A DNA stretch of 64,000 nt from the NCBI GenBank assembly GCA_044229975.1, contig JBGARZ010000008.1, forward strand, positions 32,001-96,000, written 5' to 3'. Source of the stretch: Polyangiales bacterium. GTDB taxonomy: Bacteria > Myxococcota_A > Polyangia > Polyangiales > Ga0077539. Below the pieces are notes generated by a model that was not told where the DNA came from, searched no databases, and saw only the letters and a list, made by a program, of their open reading frames with translations. Of the stretch, positions 1 through 9,658 are shown piece by piece (position 1 is the stretch's first letter; each line of letters opens with the position of its first letter). The translations under genes were made by a program, and so were the position numbers.

Positions 1-178
1 CCCCCGGCTCGGTCAGCGTCTGCACGGTCACATCCCTCGGCGGCAGCGTCGAGTGCAGTCCCGTTGACATCCCGCGACCCTATCACATCACCGACCGCCA
101 GAACGACCCGCGTTTCCAACGTGTCACGTTCGTTGGTAGCGTTCGCGCATCTCGCGGAAGGGATCGGTGGATGCGTTG

Positions 179-3100
179 ATGGCAACCGGGAAACCACGGT
201 GGGTGCGTGCGCTCGTCACTCTCACCACCACGCTCGTCGCCTGCGCGCCGGAGTACGACACCCGACGCGTCCCCGCCCCGCAAGGAACCCTCGGCGAAGA
301 GGTGTTTCAGGTGATGTGCGAGCGCGTTCACTGGGGAGAGACCCCGCGCGACCTCGGGTTCACCTCCGGCCGCCGCCCCTGCACCCGCGGCCTCGGCGCC
401 ACCGAGACCGCGGCGGGCGTCGGGCCGCGCGCCACCGCCCTCGCCCGCATGCGCTCCGACCTCGTCGCCGGGCTCGATCAGTCCATGCCGCGGCCGCTCT
501 ACACCCCGCTCGACCACCTGCTCGTCGACCTCCTGCCCCTCTATGGCCCCGACGGTTCGGGTCGCCGCAGCGGCGATGCCGGCACCTGGGTCATCGACGT
601 CGATGGCGGGACCGCCGTCGCCGAAGACCTGCTCCCTCAGACCACGCGCGCCGTCGCCCAACAGCTCGCCGGCATGGCCACCAACGCCGACGTGCTGCGC
701 GCCCTCGGCCGCATGTCCCAGCGCCAGGGCTACCGTCCCCCCGAGAGCGCCATCGGACTCCTGCGACCCGTCCTCGCGTACGACCAGATCAACGGAGTCC
801 TCGACGCCACGCTCGGGCTCGTCCGCGAGGCCACGCCCACCCAACCGCAGGGCCGCGCGTACCCGCAGTTCAGCCAGGTGCTCTCGGTGATGCGCGGGGA
901 GTTTCTTACCGCGGCACCCAGCGCGCCCACGACCGCGGGCACCACCCTCGACGCGACCACCGACCTCCTGCTTCGCAGCGACGCCTCCCTCGCCCGCGGC
1001 GATCGGCCGACGCTCATCGTGCGCCGCGACACCGCGGGCAACGCCCAGCCCACGGGCTCGTCGGCGGCCGGGCTGCCAACGCCGTTTCCTGTGTATCGCT
1101 CCGCGGCGAGCCCGCGCGACGCGCAGGGCCGCGCGACCACCGCGAGCGGTTATCCGTGGCGCTACGTCGACCTCAACGGGACCGTCCTCGCCGCTCTCAC
1201 GCGGGAGCTCCCGTCGCTGCTGGGTGCACCGACGCACGCGGAGATGCCAGCGCTCCAGCTCGTGTCGGGCATGCGCCCGCTGCTCGGGCCGCGCGCCGCT
1301 GCGACCAAGGATTACGGCGCGGGGGGGAGGCTCGACTACCAGCGCTTCACGGCCGACGCCTCGCCCGTCGTCGACCTCGTGTACGGCGCGGGCGCGCTCT
1401 TCACACACCGCGACGTCGACCCGGTGCTCAACACCGCGCAGGCCCTGATGTCGCCCGAGCGCGAGGCCCTCACCGCGCGGCTGATCGGAGCGATTCTCGC
1501 CATCGACGAGGCGTCCGACCGCGTGCCCGAGGCCCGCATGGATGCGCGCTCGGTGATCTGGGACGACGTGATGGACGTGGTGCGCCGCATCGCCGCGGAG
1601 CCCGGCCTGCTCGAAGACATCCTCGACGCGCTCGCCAACCTCCAGCAGCCGCTCCCGTCGTCGGGGCTCTGGGAGTCGTCGTGCGCGGGCACCCGCCCCG
1701 CGGAAAACCTCGCGCGAGCCTTCGGCGCCTACGCCCACAACCGCGACCGCGTCGAGCCCAACTGGTCGGGCAACTGGAACGCCCACGCTCCGGTCAACCT
1801 CACGCAGCCCGTCGATCGATCGCGCCCCGATACGCTCGACAACCGCTCGGTGCTCCAGCGCCTCTTCCACCTCGTCGACGACCTCAACGGCGCGCACCTC
1901 TGCAACAAGCCCAGCGCGTCCATTCGCCTGTACGCGTCGTTTCTCCCGGGCGGCATCGGCGTCCCGGGCGCGGCCAGCAACATCCCGGCGTGCCAGCTCG
2001 TGGAGGTGCCCGACGCGGCGGCGTTCTATGTGCGCTCCATCGCGGGCAACGGGCGCGCGGTGTTGCCGCTACAGATCCCGGGCATCCTCGGGACCATCAC
2101 CAGCTTCGCCCGCACCGTCGGCATCAACCTCGACGGCACCCTCGACGGACTCGTGCAGTCGCAGTCGGGCATCACCGGCTTCACGTCGCAGCCGTCGCCC
2201 TACGCCGTCGCGCGGCTCGTGTTCAACCCGAACCCCAACGGCTTCCTCCAGAACCTCATGGACCCGCCGACGGTTCGCAACTCGGGCTCCACCGTCCCGG
2301 CGCCCGCGCTCACCGACCCGCGCCTCGTCCGCAACGCCCACCCAGGGACCATCTTCGCGTGGGAGGGCTACTGCTTCTACGACTCCATCCGTCCGCTCGC
2401 GACCGCCTTCGCGCGCCACGATCGCCTCAACGGCCGCCTCGACCCCGCGCTCTCGCCCGGTGCCGACCCCAACACCATGCGGCCCACGTACATCGACACC
2501 ACCAACGGCTCGCGCCTCTTCACCGAACTGCTCGCCGCCTTCCACCGCCACTGGGCCACGAGCGCTGCCGGGACCTACCAGTCGACCGTTCGCTGCGAGT
2601 CGTGCCGCGAGGGCGCCAACTACTCCCTCATGGACGGCGCCGATCGCTACGAGCCCGTCATCAAGGCCGCCCTCGACGGCGGCCTCCTCCCCGCGCTCTC
2701 CGATGTCACCCGTGAGCTCCGCACGCTCGACATCGGCGGCGGTCGCACGGGCCTGCAAGCCGTCGCGTCACTCACCCGCGCGCTCGTCGACACCCGCGCC
2801 CGCGCCATGGACGGCTCGGCCGCCTTCACCACGCCGCTGCGCTACCGCACCGGAACCACCAGCGCGCTCTGGTCCGACGGCGCCACGTCGGTGGGCGGCG
2901 TCAACCTCTTCTATCTCTTCGCTGACGCGTTCAACGCCATGGACCCGCGCTTCGCCGCCGAGCCCGAACGCCACGCCGAGTGGCTCGCCGCGCGCTCGTC
3001 CCTCGTCGATCAGTTTCTCGCCACCGAGGGCAGCGGCGCGACGGCGCGCTTCCGCAACCGGAGCATCCCCGGCGTGACCCGCGTCCTCGTGGCGTGGCTC

Positions 3101-3736
3101 CGCGATCGCATCGCCGCGCACCGCGCCGCGGGCGACCTCGACGCCTGGGCGCTCGGCCTCTCCGCGCGCCTTGAGACCGTCATGCGCGAGCCCGTCTTCG
3201 CCGCAGGGACGGACCTCGGCCTCGCCCTCCGCGACGACCCTGCCGCGCGCGTCGCCGTCGGCCGGCTGCTCACCCACATGACGAGCGACGAGGCCCCCAA
3301 CGCCCGCTCCGCGTCGCCGCAAGCGACCACGCTCAGCGCCATCGCCGAGACCCTCCAGGTGATGCGCGCCGACAGCGATGTCGACCCGTTGCTCCGCAGC
3401 CTCGCGCCTGCGATGACCCCGCGCACCGGGCTCGTCCCGCAGTCGCTGCGCTTCCTCGATCGCGCCCGCGCGCTCGACCGCGACCGCGCGCTCATCAGCG
3501 TGCTCGGCCATGCCGTCGAGCGACCCACCACGGGCGACCCGCTCACGCCGGAGCCGCTGACGGTCATCGCCGACGCCATCGCCGACACCAACCGCGAACG
3601 CCCCGGCGAACACGGCCCCATGTCCGCGCAGGACGTGTTCTACATGTTCCGGGAGGTCATCTCGTTTCTCACCGACAACAGCCGCGGGCTCGAACAGTTC
3701 TACGCCATCGTGCAGCGCCGGAGGCTCCCGCTGTGA
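179..3736 (+). CDS. Large (~1185 aa) hypothetical lipoprotein
   Basis: Long ORF with host-like codon usage; N-terminal basic and hydrophobic stretch ending in lipobox-like LVAC; stop overlaps the next start (GTGA). Alternative GTG start at 167. Confidence 0.75.
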   Translation: MATGKPRWVRALVTLTTTLVACAPEYDTRRVPAPQGTLGEEVFQVMCERVHWGETPRDLGFTSGRRPCTRGLGATETAAGVGPRATALARMRSDLVAGLDQSMPRPLYTPLDHLLVDLLPLYGPDGSGRRSGDAGTWVIDVDGGTAVAEDLLPQTTRAVAQQLAGMATNADVLRALGRMSQRQGYRPPESAIGLLRPVLAYDQINGVLDATLGLVREATPTQPQGRAYPQFSQVLSVMRGEFLTAAPSAPTTAGTTLDATTDLLLRSDASLARGDRPTLIVRRDTAGNAQPTGSSAAGLPTPFPVYRSAASPRDAQGRATTASGYPWRYVDLNGTVLAALTRELPSLLGAPTHAEMPALQLVSGMRPLLGPRAAATKDYGAGGRLDYQRFTADASPVVDLVYGAGALFTHRDVDPVLNTAQALMSPEREALTARLIGAILAIDEASDRVPEARMDARSVIWDDVMDVVRRIAAEPGLLEDILDALANLQQPLPSSGLWESSCAGTRPAENLARAFGAYAHNRDRVEPNWSGNWNAHAPVNLTQPVDRSRPDTLDNRSVLQRLFHLVDDLNGAHLCNKPSASIRLYASFLPGGIGVPGAASNIPACQLVEVPDAAAFYVRSIAGNGRAVLPLQIPGILGTITSFARTVGINLDGTLDGLVQSQSGITGFTSQPSPYAVARLVFNPNPNGFLQNLMDPPTVRNSGSTVPAPALTDPRLVRNAHPGTIFAWEGYCFYDSIRPLATAFARHDRLNGRLDPALSPGADPNTMRPTYIDTTNGSRLFTELLAAFHRHWATSAAGTYQSTVRCESCREGANYSLMDGADRYEPVIKAALDGGLLPALSDVTRELRTLDIGGGRTGLQAVASLTRALVDTRARAMDGSAAFTTPLRYRTGTTSALWSDGATSVGGVNLFYLFADAFNAMDPRFAAEPERHAEWLAARSSLVDQFLATEGSGATARFRNRSIPGVTRVLVAWLRDRIAAHRAAGDLDAWALGLSARLETVMREPVFAAGTDLGLALRDDPAARVAVGRLLTHMTSDEAPNARSASPQATTLSAIAETLQVMRADSDVDPLLRSLAPAMTPRTGLVPQSLRFLDRARALDRDRALISVLGHAVERPTTGDPLTPEPLTVIADAIADTNRERPGEHGPMSAQDVFYMFREVISFLTDNSRGLEQFYAIVQRRRLPL

Positions 3737-5115
3737 AGCGACACCTCCTCGTCTTCACTCTCGTCGCGCTGTGCCCCTCGCTCGCTCAAGCGGGAGGCTT
3801 CTACCTCACCGACCGCGGCGTCCGACCGCTCGGTCGCGGTGGTGCCTTTGTTGCGGGCGCCGATGACCAGCACGCCGTCTGGTACAACCCCGCGGGGCTC
3901 ATCCAGGCGGGCAACGGGCTGCTGCTCGACGCGTCGTTCGTGAACTTCAACAACACGTACACGCGCAGCGCGCTGCCCGATCGCAACATGGCGCCGGTGG
4001 GCTTCGCGCCGGTGCAGGGCGAAGGTGCTGCGCTGCCCATCCCGACGCTCATCGCCACGCACAACTTCGGGCTGCGCAACTTCATGTTCGCCGCGGGCGC
4101 CTACGCCCCGTACGCGGCCATCACCTCGTACGCCGACACGCCCACCGCGCCGCAGCGATACAACCTCGTCACGCTCGACGGGTCGCTCCTCGTCGTCGCG
4201 GGGGTGTGGGCCGCGTGGCGACCGCACCGGATGATCAACATCGGCGTCGGGTTCTCGGCGCTCACCGGATCGTTCGCCGCACGCCATGCGCTGTCGGCCT
4301 GTCCGGCGACGCTCACCTGCGCGCCCGAAGACCCGCAGTGGGACGCCATGGCCGCCATCAACGTCGGCCCGATCTTCGCGCCCACCGGCAACGTCGGGGT
4401 GCAGTTTACACCCCACCGTATGATCGCCATCGGCGCGTCGTACCAGCTCCCGTACGACGTCGACGCGCCCGCGAAGCTCGGCGTGCGGCTCCCGTCGGCG
4501 TCGTTCTACGAAGGAGCGCAGGTGCAGGGCGACACGGCGCGGGTGCAGTTTCGGCTCGCGCCCATCGCGCGCGTCGGGGTGGAATTTCGCCCGCTCCCGA
4601 CGACGCACATCGAGCTCGCCGCGGTGTGGGAAGGGTGGAGCGTTCATCAGCGCATCGACATCCTCCCGGAGAACATCGCGCTCACGGGCGTGCGGGGCGT
4701 GGGCACCTATCAAGTGGGCCCGCTCGCGGAAAACCGGCAGTTTCAGGACTCGTGGTCGATCCGTCTGGGCGGCGAGCACATGACCAACCTGGGTCGAGGC
4801 GTCGGGCTCCAGGCGCGCTTCGGCGTGTCCTACGAGACCAGCGCGACGGCCAACCAGTACACCAACGCGTTGACCCTCGACTCGGACAAGTTCGTCGGCA
4901 GCCTCGGGGCGTCGGTGCACTACGGACGCTTCCGCTTCGATGCCGTGTTCGCGTACATGTTCGCCAGCTCGGTCGTGGTCGACGCGCGCACCGCGGCGCT
5001 CTACCCCGTCGAGCCGTTTCGCTCCAACGGGCAAGGTCCGCGCATCGCCGTCAACGGCGGGACGTACGACTTCTCCGTCAACGTGGTGGGCCTCGGCGCC
5101 CGCTACCAGTTCTAG
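3733..5115 (+). CDS. OmpP1/FadL/TodX-family outer-membrane transporter
   Basis: Signal peptide then GGFY..GRGGAFVA..D..A(V)WYNPAGL, typical of the FadL N-terminus; C-terminal aromatic YQF beta-barrel signal. Confidence 0.85.
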   Translation: MKRHLLVFTLVALCPSLAQAGGFYLTDRGVRPLGRGGAFVAGADDQHAVWYNPAGLIQAGNGLLLDASFVNFNNTYTRSALPDRNMAPVGFAPVQGEGAALPIPTLIATHNFGLRNFMFAAGAYAPYAAITSYADTPTAPQRYNLVTLDGSLLVVAGVWAAWRPHRMINIGVGFSALTGSFAARHALSACPATLTCAPEDPQWDAMAAINVGPIFAPTGNVGVQFTPHRMIAIGASYQLPYDVDAPAKLGVRLPSASFYEGAQVQGDTARVQFRLAPIARVGVEFRPLPTTHIELAAVWEGWSVHQRIDILPENIALTGVRGVGTYQVGPLAENRQFQDSWSIRLGGEHMTNLGRGVGLQARFGVSYETSATANQYTNALTLDSDKFVGSLGASVHYGRFRFDAVFAYMFASSVVVDARTAALYPVEPFRSNGQGPRIAVNGGTYDFSVNVVGLGARYQF

Positions 5116-5130
5116 AAAGAGAGACCCACC

Positions 5131-5454
5131 GTGGCCCTCAACAGCAAGCAGAACCAATACCTCCGCGGCCTCGGCCACCACCTCAGCCCGCTGGTGCAGA
5201 TCGGCAAGCAGGGCCTCACCGAGACGGTCACCGCCGCGGTGCACCAGGCGCTGCTCGACCACGAGCTCATCAAGATCCGCATCCACGCCGAGGCCCCGTC
5301 GGACCGCTACGAGACCGCCGACGCGCTCGCCGCGGAGCTGAAGGCAGAGGTCGCGCAGGTGCTGGGGCGGACGATCCTGCTGTATCGGCCGCACCCGTCG
5401 GAGCCGAAGATGAAGCTGCCCAAGCCGGAGAAGAAGCCCGGGGGATCGACCTGA
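5131..5454 (+). CDS. yhbY: Ribosome-assembly RNA-binding protein YhbY (CRM domain)
   Basis: LRGLGHHLSPLVQIGKQGL..HELIKI..QVLGRTILLYR is the classic YhbY pattern. Confidence 0.93.
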   Translation: MALNSKQNQYLRGLGHHLSPLVQIGKQGLTETVTAAVHQALLDHELIKIRIHAEAPSDRYETADALAAELKAEVAQVLGRTILLYRPHPSEPKMKLPKPEKKPGGST

Positions 5455-5456
5455 GC

Positions 5457-5762
5457 ATGGACTCCGCCGCCGAAACGCAGCTCGCCGCCGCCATCCACGC
5501 CGTCATTGAACCCTTCGCCGCGACCCCGCTCATCAAGCGCCTCCGCGTGCGACTCCGTGACCTCGGCAAGGACCAGCGCGACGAGGTGACGCAGTTTCGT
5601 CAGCTCCAGAAGGCGTGCCGCGAAGACCCGAAGCTCGCGCAAGCCTTCGCCGCCGCGGGCTTCGGCGACGTCACCGTGGTCGACCCGCGCATTCCCGATC
5701 CGAAGACCGGCGCGCTCGTGCAGGCGTTCAACCGCTTCGTCGAGACCAACTGGGAGAAGTAG
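5457..5762 (+). CDS. Hypothetical protein (101 aa)
   Basis: ATG 2 nt after the yhbY stop (MDSAAETQLAAA..ETNWEK); good codon usage; converges on gpsA. Confidence 0.65.
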   Translation: MDSAAETQLAAAIHAVIEPFAATPLIKRLRVRLRDLGKDQRDEVTQFRQLQKACREDPKLAQAFAAAGFGDVTVVDPRIPDPKTGALVQAFNRFVETNWEK

Positions 5763-6764
5763 TCAGTCCCGCTCGTGACCCGCGGCGCGCGTCATCAGGT
5801 CGTGCACCGCGTCGCTGAGCGGCTTCCCGTGATACAGCGCCAGGTAAACCTGCTCCGTGATGGGCATCGACACGCCCTCGCGCTGCGACAGATCCCACGC
5901 GCTCTTCGCGGTGCGAACGCCCTCGGCAACCTGCCGCATCCCGCCCAGGATCTCCGTCAGCGACTTCCCCTGCCCCAACTCGAAGCCCACGTGCCGGTTG
6001 CGCGACAGGTCGCCCGTGCACGTCAGCACGAGGTCGCCCATGCCCGCTAGCCCCGCCAGCGTCAGCGCGTCGCCGCCCATCTTCATCGTCAGCCGCGCGA
6101 TCTCCGCCAGGCCCCGCGTGATGAGCGCCGCGCGCGTGTTGTGCCCATAGCCGAGCCCGTCGCTCGCGCCCGCCGCGATGGCCACGACGTTCTTCAGGGC
6201 GCCGCCGACCTCCACGCCCACCACGTCGTCGCTCAGGTACACGCGGAAGCGATCGTCGGTCCAGAACGCGCCCTGCACCGTGCGCGCGAGCGCGAGGTCG
6301 TGCGCAGCGGCCACCACCACCGTCGGCAGCCCCGCGGCCACCTCGCGCGCAAACGACGGCCCCGACAACGCCACGAAGGTGCGCTTCGACCACGGCACCT
6401 CTGCCGCGATGATCTCGTGCACGAACTCCAGCGAGTCCTGCTCGATGCCCTTGGTCGCGCTCACCACGGGAATACCCTGCGGGATAAAATCAGCGCTCGC
6501 CCGCAGCACCTCGCGCAGCCCGTGCGTCGGAACCGCCACCAGCAACATCTCCGCGGCCGCGAGCGCGTCTTCGAGCGACGACGTCGCCCGCAGCGTGTCG
6601 GCGAAGCGCGCCCCAGGGAGAAACGTCGCGTTCTCCCGCGTCGCCTGGATGGCGTGCGCCAGCTCCGGGCGCCGCCCCCAGAGCGCGACGTCGTGACCGT
6701 TGTCCGCGAGCACCTTCGCGAGGGCGCTGCCCCAGCTTCCCGATCCAAGCACCGCGACCTTCAT
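5763..6764 (-). CDS. gpsA: NAD(P)H-dependent glycerol-3-phosphate dehydrogenase
   Basis: GSGSWG Rossmann motif, SGPSFA, GGALKN, GMGDLVLTCTGDLSRNR. Confidence 0.96.
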   Translation of the reverse strand: MKVAVLGSGSWGSALAKVLADNGHDVALWGRRPELAHAIQATRENATFLPGARFADTLRATSSLEDALAAAEMLLVAVPTHGLREVLRASADFIPQGIPVVSATKGIEQDSLEFVHEIIAAEVPWSKRTFVALSGPSFAREVAAGLPTVVVAAAHDLALARTVQGAFWTDDRFRVYLSDDVVGVEVGGALKNVVAIAAGASDGLGYGHNTRAALITRGLAEIARLTMKMGGDALTLAGLAGMGDLVLTCTGDLSRNRHVGFELGQGKSLTEILGGMRQVAEGVRTAKSAWDLSQREGVSMPITEQVYLALYHGKPLSDAVHDLMTRAAGHERD

Positions 6765-6807
6765 CGTCGCCTCCCGATGGGCGACGGTAGCCCCGCGGGG
6801 CCGCGCG

Positions 6808-9636
6808 TTACAACGGTTCAGTGCCGCCGCGGCGCGCCATCAACCGCAGCCCGTTGCCCGGGTCGGCCACCAGCAACGACCACGGCTCGGACGGCGAGTT
6901 GGGCTGCACGGGAAACACCCGCAGGTTGCCCGCGCCGTCGCCGCTCAGCGTGAGGCGTCCGCCCACCTCGCCGCTGCGCGCGTCGAAGAGGGTGAGCAGC
7001 GTCTGCCGACCGGTGGTGCCGACCACGAGGTCGGGCGTGTCGTTGCCGTTGAGATCGCCCGAGAGCGCGACCGGCCACCCGAAGGCGGTGCCCTGCTCGC
7101 TGGCCGGCGGCGTCACCGTGAGCAACGTGCTGCCGTTGACCCCCGAGAGGATCAACACGGGCGCCGCGTTGTCGTGCTGGTCGGTGCCCACCGCGACATC
7201 ACCGCGGCCGTCGCCGTTGACGTCGGGCCCGAGCGAGAGGCTCTGCGCGCTGCGACCCACGGGGCGACAGAACGGCTCGGACCACACCGGCGCGCCGTTG
7301 GCCCCGGAGTAGAGCTGCACGCAGCGCCTCCGGTCACCACCCGCCGCCGAGTTGCCCATCGGGCCGATGCCCATGACCACGTCCGACACGCCGTCCCCCG
7401 TCGCGTCGGGACCCACCGCGAGGCCGAGCTCCACCGGCTGGCCGATGCGACCGAGGGTGTTGGAGCCGTTGACCGACCAGAGCACCCGCTGCCGCCGCAG
7501 GCTGATGGCCCGCACCTCCGAGGGCTCACCCGGGCCGTTGGGCTCGGTGTAGACCACCGTCACGACATCACCCTCGCTGCCGCGAACGGTGTAGCCGCCG
7601 CCGAGCGCGATGCCCCGCGCGCCCGGAACCGCGATGGTGCGCCACACCCGCAGCGACCGCGCGTCGATGACCACGATGCCCGTCGCGTTGGCCGTGGTGG
7701 CCACCACGTCGTCGGTGCCGTCGTCGGTCACGTCGGGGACCACGCCGAGGTCGAAGCCCGCGCACGCCACGACCCCACGGAAGGACCCCAGCGTCGGCCC
7801 ACCGCTCAACGGGTGGATGACCACCGTCGGGCCCGCCTCGCCGCCCGGCAGGCAGCTCACGGCGATGCGCTGCGCGCCCGACGGACCGCTCACCGCAGCG
7901 TGACGCGCGAAGTCCGACAGCGCGTCGGTGCCCGCGAGCCCAGGGCCCGGATTGAACGTCCGCAACTGCTCCAGGTTGGCCGCAGGGATGGTGCTGGTCC
8001 CGCCTCCATCGGCCCGGTCGTTGGTGGCGCGTCCGGGGCCGGTGGGGGTGGTGGGGGTGGTCGGCCCGGGGCCGCCTTCGCCGACGAGCTTGAAGGCGAC
8101 GGCACCCACCACCGCAAGCGCACCCACCACCGCGAGCACCGTCACCACGGGTGACCGACTGTTGGCCGGTGTCGGCGGCGTCTGGAACGACCGCGGCGCG
8201 GGACGATCGATGGTCACGCGGCCGAAGCCCTCGCCGCTCAAGCGATCGCCGCTGATGCGTTCGCCCGCGATGGACGTCGGCGTGACCGGTGGGAGATCGA
8301 GGTCGAAGCTGGCCGCCGGAGGCAGCGACGGAACGCCCGTCGAAGGCACCGGCGACACGCGTCCCGAGTCGCCCGGGTTGGTCGTCGTCGCCGAGTTGCG
8401 CTCCGACGCGAGGGCCGCCGCGGCGAGCGCCTCGCGTCGAACAGCCCCGGAGCCTCGGCTCACGGGCTCTTCCCGCGAGCGCGTCGCGTCGACCTCCACC
8501 ACACGCACGGCACCAGCGCCTCCGGGGCGCATCACCCCGACGGCCTGACCGAGCGCGGGCGTCGGCCGACGCAGCGACGCCGCCAGGGAGATGGGCTTCT
8601 CCCGACTGTTGCCGCCGCGGAGATTGCCCGGGACGATCTCGGCCTTCGGAACGGGGCCATCGGCCACCACGCGCTCTTCGGCGCTCGCCGAGAGCGTCTC
8701 GGGCGGAGGCCGTCGGGGCGTCGTGACGATCGCGCCGCGCGTGGGCGTCGGAGCCTTGGAGACCCGCGCGGAGTCGGCCTCGTTGCGCGCGTCTTCGAGG
8801 GCCTTCGCCATCTCCTCGGCGCTGTGGAAGCGCGGCTCGATGTCGCGCAGCAACGAACGGTCGATGACCGCGCTGACGGACCTGGGCACCGACGGTTCGA
8901 GCGACGCCACCGACGGCGCCGCGGTGGTGGCGATCTTCACCAGGATGTCGGTGGTGGTCTCGCTCGCGAAGGGCGTCTGCGAGACGAGGCACTCGAAGAG
9001 CACGATGCCCAGCGACCACAGGTCGCTCTCGGGGCCGATGTTGGTGCCGCGGCTCTGCTCCGGGGACATGTACTCGGGCGTGCCGAGGATCATCCCCTGC
9101 TGCGTGAGCTTCTGGCCGCGCTGCGTGACGTGCGCGATGCCGAAGTCGAGCAGCTTCGCCTGGCTGCTGCCGTCCTGCTTGCGGACGATGTAGATGTTCC
9201 CGGGCTTGATGTCGCGGTGGATGATCTTGTTGCGGTGCGCCTCGGCGAGCGCGCCCAGCAGGTCGATGCCGATGGCGACGGTCTCACCCCAGGTCAGCTT
9301 GCGGACGCGCGAGAGCGTGGTCTCGAGCGACTCGCCGTTGAGCAGCTCCAGCGCGATGTACACCGTGCCGTCGGGGTCGGTGCCCGCGTCGAGCACCTGC
9401 ACGATGCCGTCGTGCCGGATGCGCGCCATCGCCCGCGCCTCCATGAGGAAGCGCTCGGTGATTTGTTCGGTCGTGGTGAGGTGCGGGTGCAGCAGCTTGA
9501 GCGCCACCTCGCGGCCCGTGACGTTGTGCACGGCCTCGAACACCGAGCTGAACCCGCCCTCTCCGAGCAGCCTTCGGATTTCATAACGACCCGCAACAGT
9601 CGTTCCGATGCGTTCACTGGGAGATAGGCTGGGCAT
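6808..9636 (-). CDS. Membrane Ser/Thr protein kinase with C-terminal FG-GAP (integrin-alpha-like) repeats
   Basis: GEGGFSSV, VALK, HRDIKPGN, DFG, GTPEYMSPEQ; TM helix VVTVLAVVGALAVVGAVAF; repeats DVTDDGTDDVV, DATGDGVSDVV, DVNGDGRGDVAV, DLNGNDTPDLVV. Confidence 0.9.
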   Translation of the reverse strand: MPSLSPSERIGTTVAGRYEIRRLLGEGGFSSVFEAVHNVTGREVALKLLHPHLTTTEQITERFLMEARAMARIRHDGIVQVLDAGTDPDGTVYIALELLNGESLETTLSRVRKLTWGETVAIGIDLLGALAEAHRNKIIHRDIKPGNIYIVRKQDGSSQAKLLDFGIAHVTQRGQKLTQQGMILGTPEYMSPEQSRGTNIGPESDLWSLGIVLFECLVSQTPFASETTTDILVKIATTAAPSVASLEPSVPRSVSAVIDRSLLRDIEPRFHSAEEMAKALEDARNEADSARVSKAPTPTRGAIVTTPRRPPPETLSASAEERVVADGPVPKAEIVPGNLRGGNSREKPISLAASLRRPTPALGQAVGVMRPGGAGAVRVVEVDATRSREEPVSRGSGAVRREALAAAALASERNSATTTNPGDSGRVSPVPSTGVPSLPPAASFDLDLPPVTPTSIAGERISGDRLSGEGFGRVTIDRPAPRSFQTPPTPANSRSPVVTVLAVVGALAVVGAVAFKLVGEGGPGPTTPTTPTGPGRATNDRADGGGTSTIPAANLEQLRTFNPGPGLAGTDALSDFARHAAVSGPSGAQRIAVSCLPGGEAGPTVVIHPLSGGPTLGSFRGVVACAGFDLGVVPDVTDDGTDDVVATTANATGIVVIDARSLRVWRTIAVPGARGIALGGGYTVRGSEGDVVTVVYTEPNGPGEPSEVRAISLRRQRVLWSVNGSNTLGRIGQPVELGLAVGPDATGDGVSDVVMGIGPMGNSAAGGDRRRCVQLYSGANGAPVWSEPFCRPVGRSAQSLSLGPDVNGDGRGDVAVGTDQHDNAAPVLILSGVNGSTLLTVTPPASEQGTAFGWPVALSGDLNGNDTPDLVVGTTGRQTLLTLFDARSGEVGGRLTLSGDGAGNLRVFPVQPNSPSEPWSLLVADPGNGLRLMARRGGTEPL

Positions 9637-9658
9637 CGCGCGGTCGAGGGCTGCGATG

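Noticed and set aside
64..2715. 883-aa ORF and the many other long Arg/Pro-rich overlapping ORFs in the track
   Set aside because: Alternative-frame or antisense shadows typical of high-GC DNA; they overlap genes with clear motifs.
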